Of a DNA stretch of 64,000 bases, positions 37,350 through 50,260 are shown in pieces (the stretch's first letter is position 1; every line of letters starts with the position of its first letter). Source of the stretch: Camelus ferus (lineage: Eukaryota); NCBI RefSeq assembly GCF_009834535.1, contig NC_045697.1, positions 47,494,001 to 47,558,000 on the forward strand, written 5' to 3'. Position numbers and translations under genes: made by a program. The notes under the pieces are model-generated. The model searched no databases, had not been told where the DNA came from, and saw only the letters and a list, made by a program, of their open reading frames with translations.

Positions 37350-38105
37350 TCCATCCACCTATGTTCAAAAACTATTCATTAAGCACCATTATAAACCAGC
37401 TTTTTTGCTAGAGGTTTAAGATATAGAAGGTTGGCTGAAATAGGACCTCAGTTTCAGAAACTACAGTCTAATGAGGAAGAGAGACAGACACATAAATAGT
37501 TAGGATGCATCACAAGTGATGCTCTATACGATGTCTGAGCAGGGCGCTGGGGGAGAATGAAGGAAAAAGGAGATTTCCTCTTTGGGGAAGGAATGCTCTG
37601 GAAGGCTTTCCTATGGACATATCATTTAATTCTTGAATGATTAAAAAACTGGGCTTTCTAAATGGACAAGTGAAACAGACTCGAGGAAGAGGGCCCAGCC
37701 TAAGCAAAGACATGAGACAAGGCATTGTGTGCTTAATAAAATATCCAAGTGTCTGCGCAAGTACAGTCTGGGGGGCTGGGGAGGGGGGTGAATGAAAAGT
37801 GACTCTCTCTTAATGTTGGCTAGTAGAAGGCAGAAGCTGTGCTAAAATTCTCGATTTAGCTTGTAGGCACTGCAAGGTCAACACGAATCTTCAGGGGAAG
37901 AAATGGGATGCTAAGGTCTGGGTTTTAGAGAGCCACCAGCAGCAAGAGATGGGAGGGACTAGAGCTGGGATGAAACTGGAGCTGCAGAAACCACGTAACA
38001 AGTTCTGGTAATGGCTCAGGTGAGAGAAGATGGTGATTGCAGTGGAATGAATAATTCCAGAAACTCTACAGAGGCCAAACTGACGGGCCTTGATGTCTGA
38101 TTGAA
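37350..38105 (-). mobile_element. L2 3' fragment
   Basis: tattcattaagcacc..cagtctaatgaggaagagagacag..ggaagagggcccagcctaagcaaagacatgag..ggctcaggtgagagaagatggt. Confidence 0.7.
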
Positions 38106-39074
38106 AGGGAAACCCTGAAAAACCACAGTTGGGAATAGCTGACTGGAAGAAATCACCTGTTTAGCACTCCTGAGAAGGCAACCACTCTAACTGCTAATGT
38201 TAATGTCATTAAAAAGTGCTGCCGTTCCTGATGTGCAAGGTGCATACCTCTTCCAAAGCCTCTTAACTGACATTTTCCATGGAATGAGATTAGTGAGGCT
38301 CCCCGTGTTCAGTTTTCAGTTTTCATACTTTCAAAATCAGTAAATCTGATATTTCGAAATAGGGCATTTCAGAAGGGATGTTTTTCTAAATTACTGCTAT
38401 TACTTTCAAATATGCCAATAAACAGAACAGAGCAAACAGCACTCCCAGGAGGGGAATATTCAGAACAGAAGACGACAAATACTCCTGTGCTGTCACTTGA
38501 CATGAGAGTGTTTGCGTCTCTCAGGAGGCAGTCCCAGCTCTTCCCACCACAGTCACCAAGAACCCAAGGCAGTGCCTAGGAGAACAGCAGCAAAGGCACC
38601 TTTTATTGTGATTGGTGCTCAGGGGAAAAACCCCACAGAATTTTCTCCCTTCACAATTGATTACAACATGTTATTTACAAAAACATCAAAGTGTGCCAAG
38701 AACTTTGCATGTTACCTACCAGAATTCTGGGGAAAAGGGCCCTAGTAACTCCAGCAGAGTTTTTATGTATCATAATAAACTTGCACCCAGATATCTTAAT
38801 TGCAAGAAATCTTTCTAATAGCAGCAGCCTCGTCAAGTTCGATTACGTTATAGAGATCAGTCATACACCAACGACCACATTCTTGGACAAAGGCAATGTG
38901 GTTTTTTCATATCCCAAGCAACTGAGCCCACTGACCTGAATGCATGTCCCCAGATGTCTCTCCTACTACATTTTTATCTTGACTTGACTTTATCAATATA
39001 ATTCTCTGTAATTCCTATGTGAGCGTCAATTTTTAGGAGACAGGACGTCTTGCAAGTCAACGTTCAGAGACCAG

Positions 39075-40340
39075 AAAGGCTTATTAGAAGTTCAGACTCC
39101 TAGACCCCAACCCAGTCCTTCTGAATGAGACCCTGTGCATTAGAATCTGCATTTTAATTTTTTTCACTAGCTTTATTAAAGTATACTTGCCAAATAAAAG
39201 TTGTATATATTTAAGGTATATGTAATGCTTTAATATATGTATAAATTGTGAAATGATTACCACAATCAAGCTAATTAAGCCTCCACCACCTCACATAGTT
39301 TTCGTGTGTGTAGTGAAAATACTTAAGATCAACTCTGTTAGCAAGTATAAAAGACAGTATTATTAAGTATAGTCACCATGCTATACTTTAGATCTTCAGA
39401 ATTATGCATCTCATAACTGAATCTTCGTACCCTTTGACCAACACCTTTCAGTTTCCCCCACACCCCAGCCTCTAGCAACCATCATTCTACTCTGCCTTTA
39501 TGAGTTCGACTTCTTCAGATTACAGATATAAGTGAGATCATACAGTATTTTTCCTTCTGTATAGCTTATTTTACAGGCTCATCTATGCAGTCACAAATGG
39601 CAGGACTTCCTTCTTTTTTAAGGCTGAATAATATTCCATTGTATATACAGCCAAATTTTCTTTTATCCATTCATCCATTGATGGACTTAGTTTGTTTTCA
39701 TAGCTTGGCCATTGTGAAAGATGCTGCAATAAACATGGAAATGCAGATATCTCTTTGAGACATTGATTTCATTTCCTTTGGATAGATACTCAGAAGTAAG
39801 ATTGCTGGATCATATGATAGCTCTATTTTTAATTTTTTGAGGAATGTCCATAGAGTTTTCCATAGTGGCTGCACCAATTTGCATTCCCACCAACAGTGTA
39901 CAAAAGTTTTCTTTTCTCCACACCCTCACCAACACTTGTTATCTTTTGTCTTTTTGAGAACAGCCACTCTAACAGATGTGAGCTGATATCTCACTGTGGT
40001 TTTGACTTGCCTTCCCCAGATTATTAGTGATGTTAAGCACATTTTCATGTACCTGTTGGCCATTTGTATGTCTTCTTTTGAGATATGTCTATGCAGGCCC
40101 TTAGGTCATTTTTTATTTTTATTTTTTTGCTATTGAATTGAGTTCCTTATGTATTTTAGATATTAAACCCTTATCAGATATAGGGTTTCAAATATTTTCT
40201 CCCATTCTGTAGGTTGCCTTTTCATTTTGTTTATGGTTTCCTTTGCTGCACAGCAGTTAGTTTGATGCATTCCTACTTGTGTTTTAACAAGATCCCTGGG
40301 AGATGTGGAGTCACGCTAAGGCGTGAGAAGCATCACCCAG
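39075..40340. mobile_element. MER5-like hAT MITE split in two by an L1
   Basis: Left half ..ccccaacccagtccttctgaatgaga..gaatctgcattttaa; right half ttttaacaagatccctgggagat..aggcgtgagaagcat. Confidence 0.6.
39155..40281 (-). mobile_element. 5'-truncated LINE-1 (L1MA9-like): ORF2 end plus 3' UTR
   Basis: ttttccatagtggctgcaccaatttgcattcccaccaacagtgt; atattttctcccattctgtaggttgccttttcatt. Confidence 0.92.
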
Positions 40341-40685
40341 GACAGAGATAGCAACGGGTCTAGAGTGGTTCTACCAAACTCCACAGACAGGCCTTTTAGA
40401 ATATCTACATTTATAATATACATACCTCTGTTTCTGAATTATTTGTTTACAGTACTTAAGAAGAAAGACAACTGTCCAAGGAAAAGAAGTATTAATTCTT
40501 CCTGCTCATTATGATGAAGATGGTTTTGTCAGTTGCTTTCTTTTGGGAGATGGTCCAGGGAAGATTTGAGAAGGGGTAACTAGAAGTCTGTACACCATCA
40601 TTTCTATAGCTAATGCATCCAAAACAAATTTTAACATAATTTCCCCGGTGGTTCTGACATTTTGCAATTTCTTTATCTCCTTATA

Positions 40686-41156
40686 CAAGCACACTTTGGA
40701 GATATTGTGGGTTTAGATACAGACCACTGCAATAAAGCAATACTGCAATAAAGCAAGCCACATAAATTTCTTTTGGTTTCCCAGTGCATATAAAATTTGT
40801 ACGTTTACACTATACTGCAGTCTATTAAGTGTGTAAGAGCATTATGTCTAAAATATATACATACCTTAATCAAAATTTATTGCAAAAACTACTAACCATC
40901 ATCTGGGCCTTCAGCAAGTTATAACCTTTTTTCAATAGTAACATCAAAGATCACTGATCACCATACCAAATATAATAATAATAAAAAATTCTGAAACATT
41001 GTGACCAAATTACCAAAATGTGACACTGAGACACAAAGTGAGCAAATGCTGTTGGAAAAATGGCACTGATAGACCTGCTTGATGCAGGGTTACCACAAAA
41101 CTTCAATGTGTAAAAAACTCAGTATCTGCAAAGCACAATAAAACGAAGTGTGCTTG
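40686..41156 (-). mobile_element. Non-autonomous Tigger1 internal-deletion derivative, 471 bp
   Basis: TA|CAAGCACACTT...AAGTGTGCTTG|TA; both ends are collinear with the ends of the Tigger1 at 12858-15446; the transposase region is absent. Confidence 0.93.
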
Positions 41157-43579
41157 TAGCTTTTTTCTGCACAATGGTGCATATATCCCTGTAAGCTCAA
41201 GAAATTAGCCATAATTTCAGTTGAAGAATCTTCTGCCTAGTGATGTTTTATATATCCTTCAGGGTCCACATTAGAAGGCAGTGAAATTCCAACAAGGGAT
41301 TATAGGGACATAATTAAAACAGTGCTTTAAATTAAATAGTTCTTCTAATTAATTTCATAGAACAATAGGCATACAGAAATGCTGGTAATAAAGTTTAACC
41401 ATTGTACACTGTATTGCAAGTAAAAACATTAATGTCGTAAACCATAAGTAAGAGCCCACGCCTCTGCCATTTGAAGGAAAAATCCCACAAACAAAATGAA
41501 AACTTCTCTGCCTCCCCAGTTAAAGACTGGGACATAAATGTGAGCTCAAACATGATGGGGTCCCCAAACCCCAAACCAAAATATTCAAGATTAAAAAAAA
41601 TTAAAATTTATTCAACAGAAAATGACTATAATCGAATATAACAGTAACCCTCACATTTTATTTATTCTGAAAAAAGTAATTTGCAATGGTTCATTTATAC
41701 CATAGCTTTTAAAGTTGGATCTTGTAGGATATTGTGGATTTTAGGGAAGGATTATGTTCAGTGGCACATATAAGGTGAGACATAGATGCTATTTGCCAAA
41801 ATGAAGAACAATGGAAAGATAATTGGACTGTTCTTGTGTTTGTCAATGTGTGCATATGCCTCAGAAACTTTGCAGCTTTGGGTGAAGAATACAGAAACTT
41901 CTCTCCATGTAGATTTCAACTGCTTTATAAATGAGCAAACAAATATTTTGTAACCAATGAACACTTCTTGAGTCTATACTCTGAGCAATGTACCTTACAA
42001 GACATTAAATTGAACAAGCTAAGCAAGCCCAAAATGGTGAAACCCTGATACGTGGTGAGGATTTATTTATGAGATAGGCAGACTCTTATTCAGAAAAATA
42101 AACATTTTTATGCCATTGATATTTATAACTCTCACAAACATCCTTTTAATCAAACTGTGTCCCTGTAACACAATCCATGGGTTTAAAACCATGACAGGTT
42201 TTAAGAAAACTGAGGGAAAGCACAATAGGGCTTTTAGCAGCACTCAGCCCTTACCAAGGTCAAACAGCCAGAGAGAACTCTCAGCAATAGAATTTTCCGT
42301 CCGGTTCATAGCACGACACTTGGGGGCTTTTAACATCAAAGCATTAGCCAGTTGCAGAAAATAACTGCTCAAACAACAACAAATGAGGTCAGAAAGATCA
42401 TCAGATTTATTGCCAAAGTGGAAAAAGAGGCATGATTTCCAGAGAGGCTTTAATTAATGAAAAAGAAGGTAATTCCTTGAAAACCCAGCAGTGGAGAAAC
42501 CCACAAATAAGCATGGCTTCTCCCTGCCCACATTTTAGCCCTTATTAGATCCTGAATTGCTTTAGAATCATATCTCTAGCAGGCTTCGGTTTGGTAATCC
42601 ACCCAATTAATGACAGCTATTCAGCAGAGCATTCTTTATTACCTTTTAATCTTTTTGAATTCTTTTGCCTCCTCCCCCCAACAGAACATGTTTCAACATC
42701 AGTCCTGGGTCTATTTTCTCCTCGGTGATTCAGTATAAGCCTGGAGGTGGCAGTCAAGTTTACTCACTGCCAAGGCAAGGATAAAAACATAAATCTGGGA
42801 GGAAGTGATGCAGAACTTGATAAATAAGACTGGAACCGACAGCCCCCACCCTCAGTCTCAGAGGGGCCCCCTCAGTCAGCAGAGGTGCCCTGAAGACTTT
42901 TTATCTGATGCAAGAGATCAATTCAAAGACAGGAACATAGGCACCAGCCTAACTCAAGTTGCTGCATCCAACCATCTATCTGTCCTTCCAACAAAAATGT
43001 ACTCAACTTCTACAATGTGCGTGGCTCGAGAGAGTAATACTGAAATAGTTCCTGTCCTCACAAAGCTTCCTTTTTCTAGCCCTCCCTCCCTTTCCATCAA
43101 TCTTACCAGGTTAAGTTTTATGTTGAACTACACTGAGATTAATTTGTACATCCATTTACTAGAAATTAGACCTAAACTGCTTGGCCATTCCATTTAAGCC
43201 ACCAAGTAGACATCAGTCGGTAACTGTCCTCTCTCCAAATTTAATACACAGGTAGCCTCAAGGTAAGGACTTGGATGCCCACCTTCAGAAATGGCTATGG
43301 GAACAAAATCAATCATGTCTGACTCTATATCTACTGGAAGCCATTAACAGTTGAGGCAATTTTTTTTCTTGGGCTCCAGTAGACACTATAAATAGCTTCA
43401 CCTGTAACAAGATGTGGTGAGTCCACAGGGAAGATCCCAAGAGGCTTGGGGCCCAGGCTGTGTGGATAGGACACTGAGAAAATGACCAAATTACTGTCTC
43501 CATTCTGTCCATTAGGGGATAAGAATATATATGACCAAAATATTGGGGGAAAAAAATGAGCTGGAATGAAAAAACTGCA

Positions 43580-43800
43580 AGGCTAAGTGTGAGGGGCCTA
43601 AACACACTTGATTTGAAATCACAGCTCCATCGCTAAATACCTTTATGAAAAATAAACATTTTTAAGCCTCTTTAAATGTTTGGAAACCTGCTTTATTTCT
43701 GTTTCCTCTTTTGGAAGATTAGAGATAATAATCGCACAAACGTCCTAGGATGATCGTGAAGATCAAAAGGAATAATTCATGTCAAGCATTAGTGCCCAAT
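43580..43800 (+). mobile_element. MIR SINE relic
   Basis: ttgatttgaaatcacagctccatcgc..ctgtttcctcttttggaag..gtgaagatcaaaaggaataattcatgtcaagcat. Confidence 0.6.
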
Positions 43801-44994
43801 AAAGGTTACAAGCAGAACAAACAAACAAAAACATTTTCCACCAATATATCATAAAATATCCCTTAGAAGCAATAAGGTTATATGGCCTGTATTCCAACCT
43901 TCTTCACCAAGATATTGGAAAGATGAGTAAATAGATAAATTGAGAAAAGTACTCTGAATTCCTAAGAGAAAATATAGTATGTATCTGTAAAGTATTATCA
44001 GGATTAGAGTGTGAAGTTTGTAATGAGTACATCCTAATGGCTACTGGGGCTCTGGTAACTGGTTTCATTATCCTGATTCATTGGCTTAGAAGCCATTAGT
44101 TCACCTGATGAACAGGTAAGCACAGGACTATAGGAGATGGAGGGATGGAAAGGGGAAGGAGGGGGGACAGACAGTGTAAATACCAACACGACTCCCCAGT
44201 TGAGGGAATTCACTAAAAGAATTCTCAAGTTCTGTGCTTGTGCCTTATTTGTAAATTAAAAATGGACTTTTCTTTGTTTTGGTAGCTGAAGCAGCTAAAA
44301 TCCTAGAAATGTCCTTCAACTTTGGCGCACAACCACCCAAGCTGGCTGTGCCATACAAGGCAATGAGCTTCAAACATGGAGATGAAACCATGATACGAAG
44401 GGCGACTGCTAGCGCTACACTGAAATCCTGTAACAATCTTTGGAAAGAAACCAAGAAGGAAGAAAAGAAAACTTTCTGTGTCTGGTCTAGACTTCATTTC
44501 TTCAGAACTAAACCTCATCTCCCAGGGTGATTGTGGCAGGGTGATAATTAGGATCAGCTACAAGGTGGCTCTCTGCCAGCTCCATCTCATAATCAGCCTT
44601 CACTTACTCCCTCCCATCTATCTCAGGCCACCATCACTGTTTTCAGCAGCTGAAAATAATGAGACAAGAGCCTGAGAAACCACCTAGCAGATCATATTAG
44701 ATTCAGCTATTGACCTTCGCAAATTCTGAGTGATCTTTGGTGGGAAGGTGACAAGTGATTTCTAAGCTGTCCTCAGCAAATCAATCTCTCTAGCTAATCA
44801 TCAATGACATTTCAGTAGGTACTGATATTTGGAATGAAAAGTTCAAAAAAAATTGTTAAGTCTCCCACTCTGCCATCACAGGAAAGAGTCATTCTTGCTA
44901 TTACAGAGAAAAGAGCTTCGTGAAACATCATTCAGTAATAAATGACTTTGAAAGTGTTTTTCAATAGGTCCCTTTGATCCAGCATGGGCCAGCC

Positions 44995-45285
44995 CAGAAT
45001 TTCCCAAAAAGTGATAGCCATCCTATTACATCCCAAAACATCTCATGTTGTATGTGGATGAAATTTTACTAAATGGTTGTACATAAATTTTAATACTATG
45101 GAAAAAAGTACAATTCTACATTAAGCCCATGATTTCATAGGTATTATTTATTAGGAAGAGGTCACAGTAAAAAAGTAACTGGATTCAAAGATAAATATTA
45201 AGTAAATAATAAGATAGGTACTCATGGGTCTAGCGAAAACATATGTATGGAGGTGATGACTCGGGCTGAGAACTATGGCTCTTTA
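44995..45285. mobile_element. hAT-Charlie MITE relic (MER112-like)
   Basis: tttcccaaa at the left end; aaatattaagtaaataataagataggtac.. near the right end; family assignment from memory. Confidence 0.4.
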
Positions 45286-45799
45286 CTGGGCCAGGGATTC
45301 TTATGATTACTCAAAGAGTTCCCTCATCCTCCTTCAGCTGGGGTAACAGAATGGCGTGAATGCATCCTTTTTGATTCATTATAATAACCTGGCTGCAAGC
45401 CTCACATCACATGAGCTATTTTAAAAGAGCAGACAGGAACGGGGGTGCACTCGATTCCTATAATCATGCTCAGGCAGGAGACAAAAAAAATCAATGGACA
45501 AAGAGGAATTTTATGGCAGCAACATAGAGGTTCAAAAGTTTCCCTTCTGCAGAGAACATGGGCACAGGACTTTCAAATCAAAGGTGCTCCTAACAAAATA
45601 TACACTGCCCCCTGAGTTTTGGTGATGTGTTCTATTAATCTTTGCATGTCCTAAGTATCTCCATAATAGGTGCTTAATAAATATTTGAATAAATAAATAA
45701 CTACCCATATCTCAAATTTATGAATATTGCAAAACAGTATCATCAACAAAACTTCACATGTAGGTGCAAGCACATTGTAGCTCTAGGAATGACACCTAC

Positions 45800-46126
45800 C
45801 TTGGGCACAGTCTTCATGTGGAACAGTATGTTTTGGAAGGAGTGTCCGTCACTGGCCTGCAAGACTGCGACATCAGAAGGGCTATCCGAGCCATCGTGGG
45901 CATAAAGGAGAAGGCCCCTGGAGAGCTCATCCAGCTGGAACTGATAGATTGGGGCTGCAGGGGACTGAAGGGTTTGGAGCAACTGGCCATGGACTGGAGG
46001 ATCCAGCACTTGGACCACCACGTCCTGTGGGTTGTCGTCATCTCGGATGTCAAGCAGCTGGGTGGTGATGGTTCCCCTCTCTCCTCTGCTAATGTGGAGG
46101 GCCTCATTTCTCAGCACATAAGGGGC
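45800..46126 (-). CDS. FRAS1: FRAS1 coding exon, 327 nt, phase 0-0, CSPG repeat
   Basis: tccacag|GCCCCTTAT...CCCAAG|gtaggt; encodes APYVLRNEALHISRGERGTITTQLLDIRDDDNPQDVVVQVLDPPVHGQLL...LLLYAHDGSDSPSDVAVLQASDGHSFQNILFHMKTVPK. Confidence 0.97.
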
Positions 46127-48439
46127 CTGTGGAGTTGAAGGGAAGGAGAAGGGAAGCCACTAGCAGGAAAAGACTGGACAATCCAGTGAGCCAGATGCCA
46201 GGTGTGTGCAAGCTGATTGATATTTCTGTGCTTTTTAAGGAACTCTACGTGCTCCAGTGAAGTGCCAAACTCTTGCATAGTCAGAGCACTTACCACAGGT
46301 GTAGTCAGTCACAGGAATCACTGCAAAGGAGGTTGCTTTACACCTCGGGTTCTGGAGGTTTCTTAAGCCACATCCAGACCGTGGTATTGATCAGGGACAA
46401 TCAAGGGGAGCTGCTTGCTTCTGAATCTCTGAAGTCTCTGCCGTCTTGATTTACACTACATCCCCTGCATGGTAACTGAGATCACCTCAGTGTCAAGGAA
46501 CTCATCGGTCTGCAGCCAAGGGAGACTAATGAGAGGTCCAGAGCTTTGGCATCTGCGCTGGGAGTCGAGCACTTCACTCCAGGCTACGCTGCAGCACGCG
46601 GACTCGGGGTGAGACACCGACACGGTCTCCACTCACGCTCTTTCCGGTCCTTCCCAGTCATTCCCCTCAAGCTGTCTCATCCATATCAGGAAGCGGCCCA
46701 CCCCAACTCAGAGTATGAAGCCTGATAAGATCATGGTCTGGGTAAGGCAGCCACCTGGTTAATTCATGTGGCAAATTTTAATATGTTTTCCTTAGGATTA
46801 TCAGGTTTTCCTCCAGCAACTTCAGTAAGCAGATAAAATGTTCTTTCATAAAGATAAAAGTTAATGAACCACAACAGGAAAAAAAAAAAAAAAAAACTCA
46901 CCCCTCCAAAAAAATCGAGGTGAGAAGCCAAACAAAATATTATCTTAGTTTTTTATATCGTTTGAAGTTAAACCATCTAGGACTTTTCTCAGCACACTGC
47001 CTTCTTTAATCCAAATGGCTTTCTTTTAAAAATACTCCCCACCCCCCGGCCTCCTGGAAATTTCAATATCTATTAAAGTAATGTCTAACTAATGCATCTT
47101 TATAATAATCACATAATAGGAAATGAAAAGATAGCTACTCCCCAGGATTCCCAAGTGAGAATTCAAAAGCTGGGATTCTGTACGTGGGAATGAATAACCC
47201 CTTGGATTCTTAAAGAGGTGATGTCAAAATCCGTAAGTGGAAAACATCAACTTAGCTCACATGAGGAAATCTTAGGGAGACTTCAAACCATATTGAAATA
47301 GCACAGAACTGTAAAGGAACAAAAATAAGCTAAAATTCATTTCTAAAATTCCATTTTAAAAAATGCTACAATGATAAAAGTTTCTCATATAATAAGTAAA
47401 ATAAAAATGTGCCCTCACCATCTATTCCATTTATTTGGGGAAAGCAAACAAACAAAAATCTGGGAACCATGGCAACTTATCATCTCAGAAGTTGCTTCTC
47501 AAAACCTAGCCTGAGTCTTTTATTCATTTAATTAGTGTAACTATATTAGCACAAACAAAAAGAACAAAACAAAACTTCAGAGGCTAAGTACTGAGAAACA
47601 TCTAAGCCAGTAAATCCTGAGACTTGGTGGCCCTCTGACCCATATTTACAGAGATCACATGTTTTAGCTTTAATTAAAATAAAATTCATACTCTTTGCCT
47701 AACCCTGAGGTCAAATTAATTTAGGATCAATTTTTGATCATTCCTCAACTTCAGTCATCCCTGAATTGAGACTTGCTGAGCTTGACTGTGAATACCATTT
47801 GGCAGTCACTTCTGGTTCAAGTCTATGTTATCCTTGGTGTGTGGTCTTTTCATTTGGGAACCAAAAATATAAAAATATCAGCTTTAAAAACAATGATCTC
47901 ATATCCTTCCCTGAATCATGACTAATTAATGCACTACTGACATCTAATACTTAGGTAGTCTTGGTTCTCCCACGCTGATACCCCACTCTCTTGTTGTTCA
48001 CAACTTAATGATACATTGATCTTCCTCCTCTTTGCTCATTTCAGCTGTTCAATCCCTCTAGCCCAGGCACTCAGAGCATCCACTACTGTATGTATTCAGG
48101 ACACATAAGTACAACCTGACAGAGATAAGTGATGAGAACAAACGAGCCATCACACTGAGTTTTAGAGCATCTACCCTGATTTCCTCAGACTTGTGTTTGG
48201 CAGATGACCACAGTGCACTTTGTTTAAGTGGATCCTTAAAGATCCTCTAACTACTGCACACTGAGTTAAATGCAGTCCTACTACATGATCAATGGGCAAA
48301 AGTAGGCGGACTTAATTCTATATCCCTGAGAGAGAAATATTTAGACAAAATATACTTATTTACCTAAAAATAGGAAAGTCTCAACAACTGGCACAGCTTC
48401 AAAATATTCTGAAGGGCTGGTATCAGATTCAGTGTAGTA

Positions 48440-48665
48440 AAGTAAAGAATGAAGACTCTGTAACCAGAGACACCGATTTGCTGGGCACGACCTCGGCTCT
48501 CTGAGCTCTGTCACCATAGACACGTTCCTTTACCTCCTGTGACTTAGTCTCCTCATCTGTGAATTGGGGATCATAACGCCTCATAGGGCTGGCACGAGGA
48601 CTGAATAAGAAGCACAAGAAGAGTATTTGAGGTGTGTAAGTAACTGTTGTTGCTGCTATTACCCA
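48440..48665 (+). mobile_element. MIR SINE
   Basis: agtgtagtaaagtaaagaatgaagactctg..ttagtctcctcatctgtgaattggggatcataacgcctcatagggctgg. Confidence 0.75.
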
Positions 48666-48818
48666 CAAGTACTAAAAATTATTCTAGTGGCATTTCCTGA
48701 GGACACCGAGACAAGGTTAATTTAGCTCAAACATTTCTGCTAAAACTACTGAAAATCTCGATTTGTGCGTGAGAATGAGTAGGCGTGAGACATTATTAAT
48801 CATGTGGCATTTCCTTAC

Positions 48819-48903
48819 CTGTGTTGAAAATGCTTGTATGTGGATCAGCTGTGGCTCCGAGAAGAACTGCTGGTCACTAATTTTCAGGGAAAAGTAACCT
48901 TTC
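48819..48903 (-). CDS. FRAS1: FRAS1 coding exon, 85 nt, phase 2-0
   Basis: ctttcag|GAAAGGT...ACACAG|gtaagg; encodes RKGYFSLKISDQQFFSEPQLIHIQAFSTQ. Confidence 0.96.
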
Positions 48904-49939
48904 CTGAAAGAAGTCCCCAAGAAAGGAATGAGAAAATACCATCATTAACGTGGTCTTTGGAAAGACAAGGATTAAAAATATTTTCAGGCTATGTGCACAT
49001 AGGAATTTGGCTCAAACCACTACAGCAACATAATACTGTACATAGAAGTGACCACATAAAGATGAACACAGTGAGATGCAGATGATGCTACTGTGTATTC
49101 TTTGATCTTATTATAACATAACAATTATGTAAACTTTTGGCTTTCTATTTTTCTAAATAGAATATGGAATAGGTTGAAAAATCAGTTGTCGGGCCAAGAC
49201 AGGTTAGTAATATATTGAAGGCTAATGCTTAAGTTGGAGAATGAAAAGGAATCTTTCATAGTTTCTGACTAGTCCTCAGTGATTCCCTCTTCCCTGCGAA
49301 TCCTCTTCCCAACCCCTGCCCAATTCATGTGAATGGCCCCGATTAACAATGTTGGCAATGTTTGTATTATATGACTCTGTAGCCCCCTCTCCCTCCGGCC
49401 ACACACATACACATTTGATGTGGACTGGACAAGGGGAGAATGGCTGATTATTCCCTGGAAATTTGGAAACGACCCCATTTGACTATGGGGAACCACAGTC
49501 TATCATGTCAATAAGCAAAGAGACAGAGACGAGAGGAAGAATTGAATCCCACTTTCCTTTCCCTTTTCTAACTTCCGGGCTTGCTCTGGAAACCCAGGTG
49601 CCCTTGATGGGTTTGAGATCGGAGCTATACCGGCCATGTTATAAACAAGCCTTAATCTGGTTCAAGTTGACTTCCATTACTTGCAACTAAAGAGTCCTAA
49701 TTAATAGAACAAAATAAGGCTCACTCTGCTGTGGTTTTTGCTTCCTATAAAAGTGTTGTTCCAGCAGCTTCAGAGCCCCAACTCCTCCTGGGAAGGTAGG
49801 AGGTGCCCACCTTCAAAGCCAAAGCAAGCTCAGAACTCACTTCAGGCCGGTAAGATGTGTGATTAATGCATTATGGAAGGTTTTGAATTCTGGTCTACTA
49901 CAGGGACGATAAGCTTCTTTAAAGGGCATTCATGGAACT

Positions 49940-50260
49940 AATTACTGATACATGAAAGAATGTGGATGATCTCAAAAGCATCACGGCAAAAGCCAGAAAC
50001 AAAAGATTATATACCATATGGCCCATTCACATGACATTTCAGAAAGGACAAACCAATAAGGGTAAACAACAGGTCAGTGATTGCCAGGGATGGGGGTAGG
50101 GGGTCCTGTAAAAATGACTTTGGAGGGGTGGTGACGAAATTGTTGCAGTCCCAAGACCACAAGACCTTATATATTTGTTAACACTCGTAGAACAGTATAC
50201 TTTAAAATGGGGAACTATATTGAATGCAAATTATACCTCAGTAAACCTGATTTTTTAAAA
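49940..50260 (+). mobile_element. Old LINE-1 3' UTR fragment
   Basis: actactgatacatg-like start, aaaagccaga, cagtgattgccagggatggg, atgcaaattatacctcagtaaacctga. Confidence 0.75.

Noticed and set aside
37770..37788. G-rich run G6-CT-G4-A-G6 as a G-quadruplex
   Set aside because: Only three separate G tracts, and it lies within a decayed L2.
42805..43197. 130-aa intronic ORF (similarly 316-708, 26239-26619, 33771-34124, 59588-60004)
   Set aside because: No recognisable domain, mostly non-ATG starts or overlap with decayed repeats, and lengths expected by chance in 64 kb.
46540..46660. CpG-containing patch with short stems as a possible miRNA or snoRNA
   Set aside because: The stems are only 4-7 bp, and there are no C/D or H/ACA boxes in the proper arrangement.
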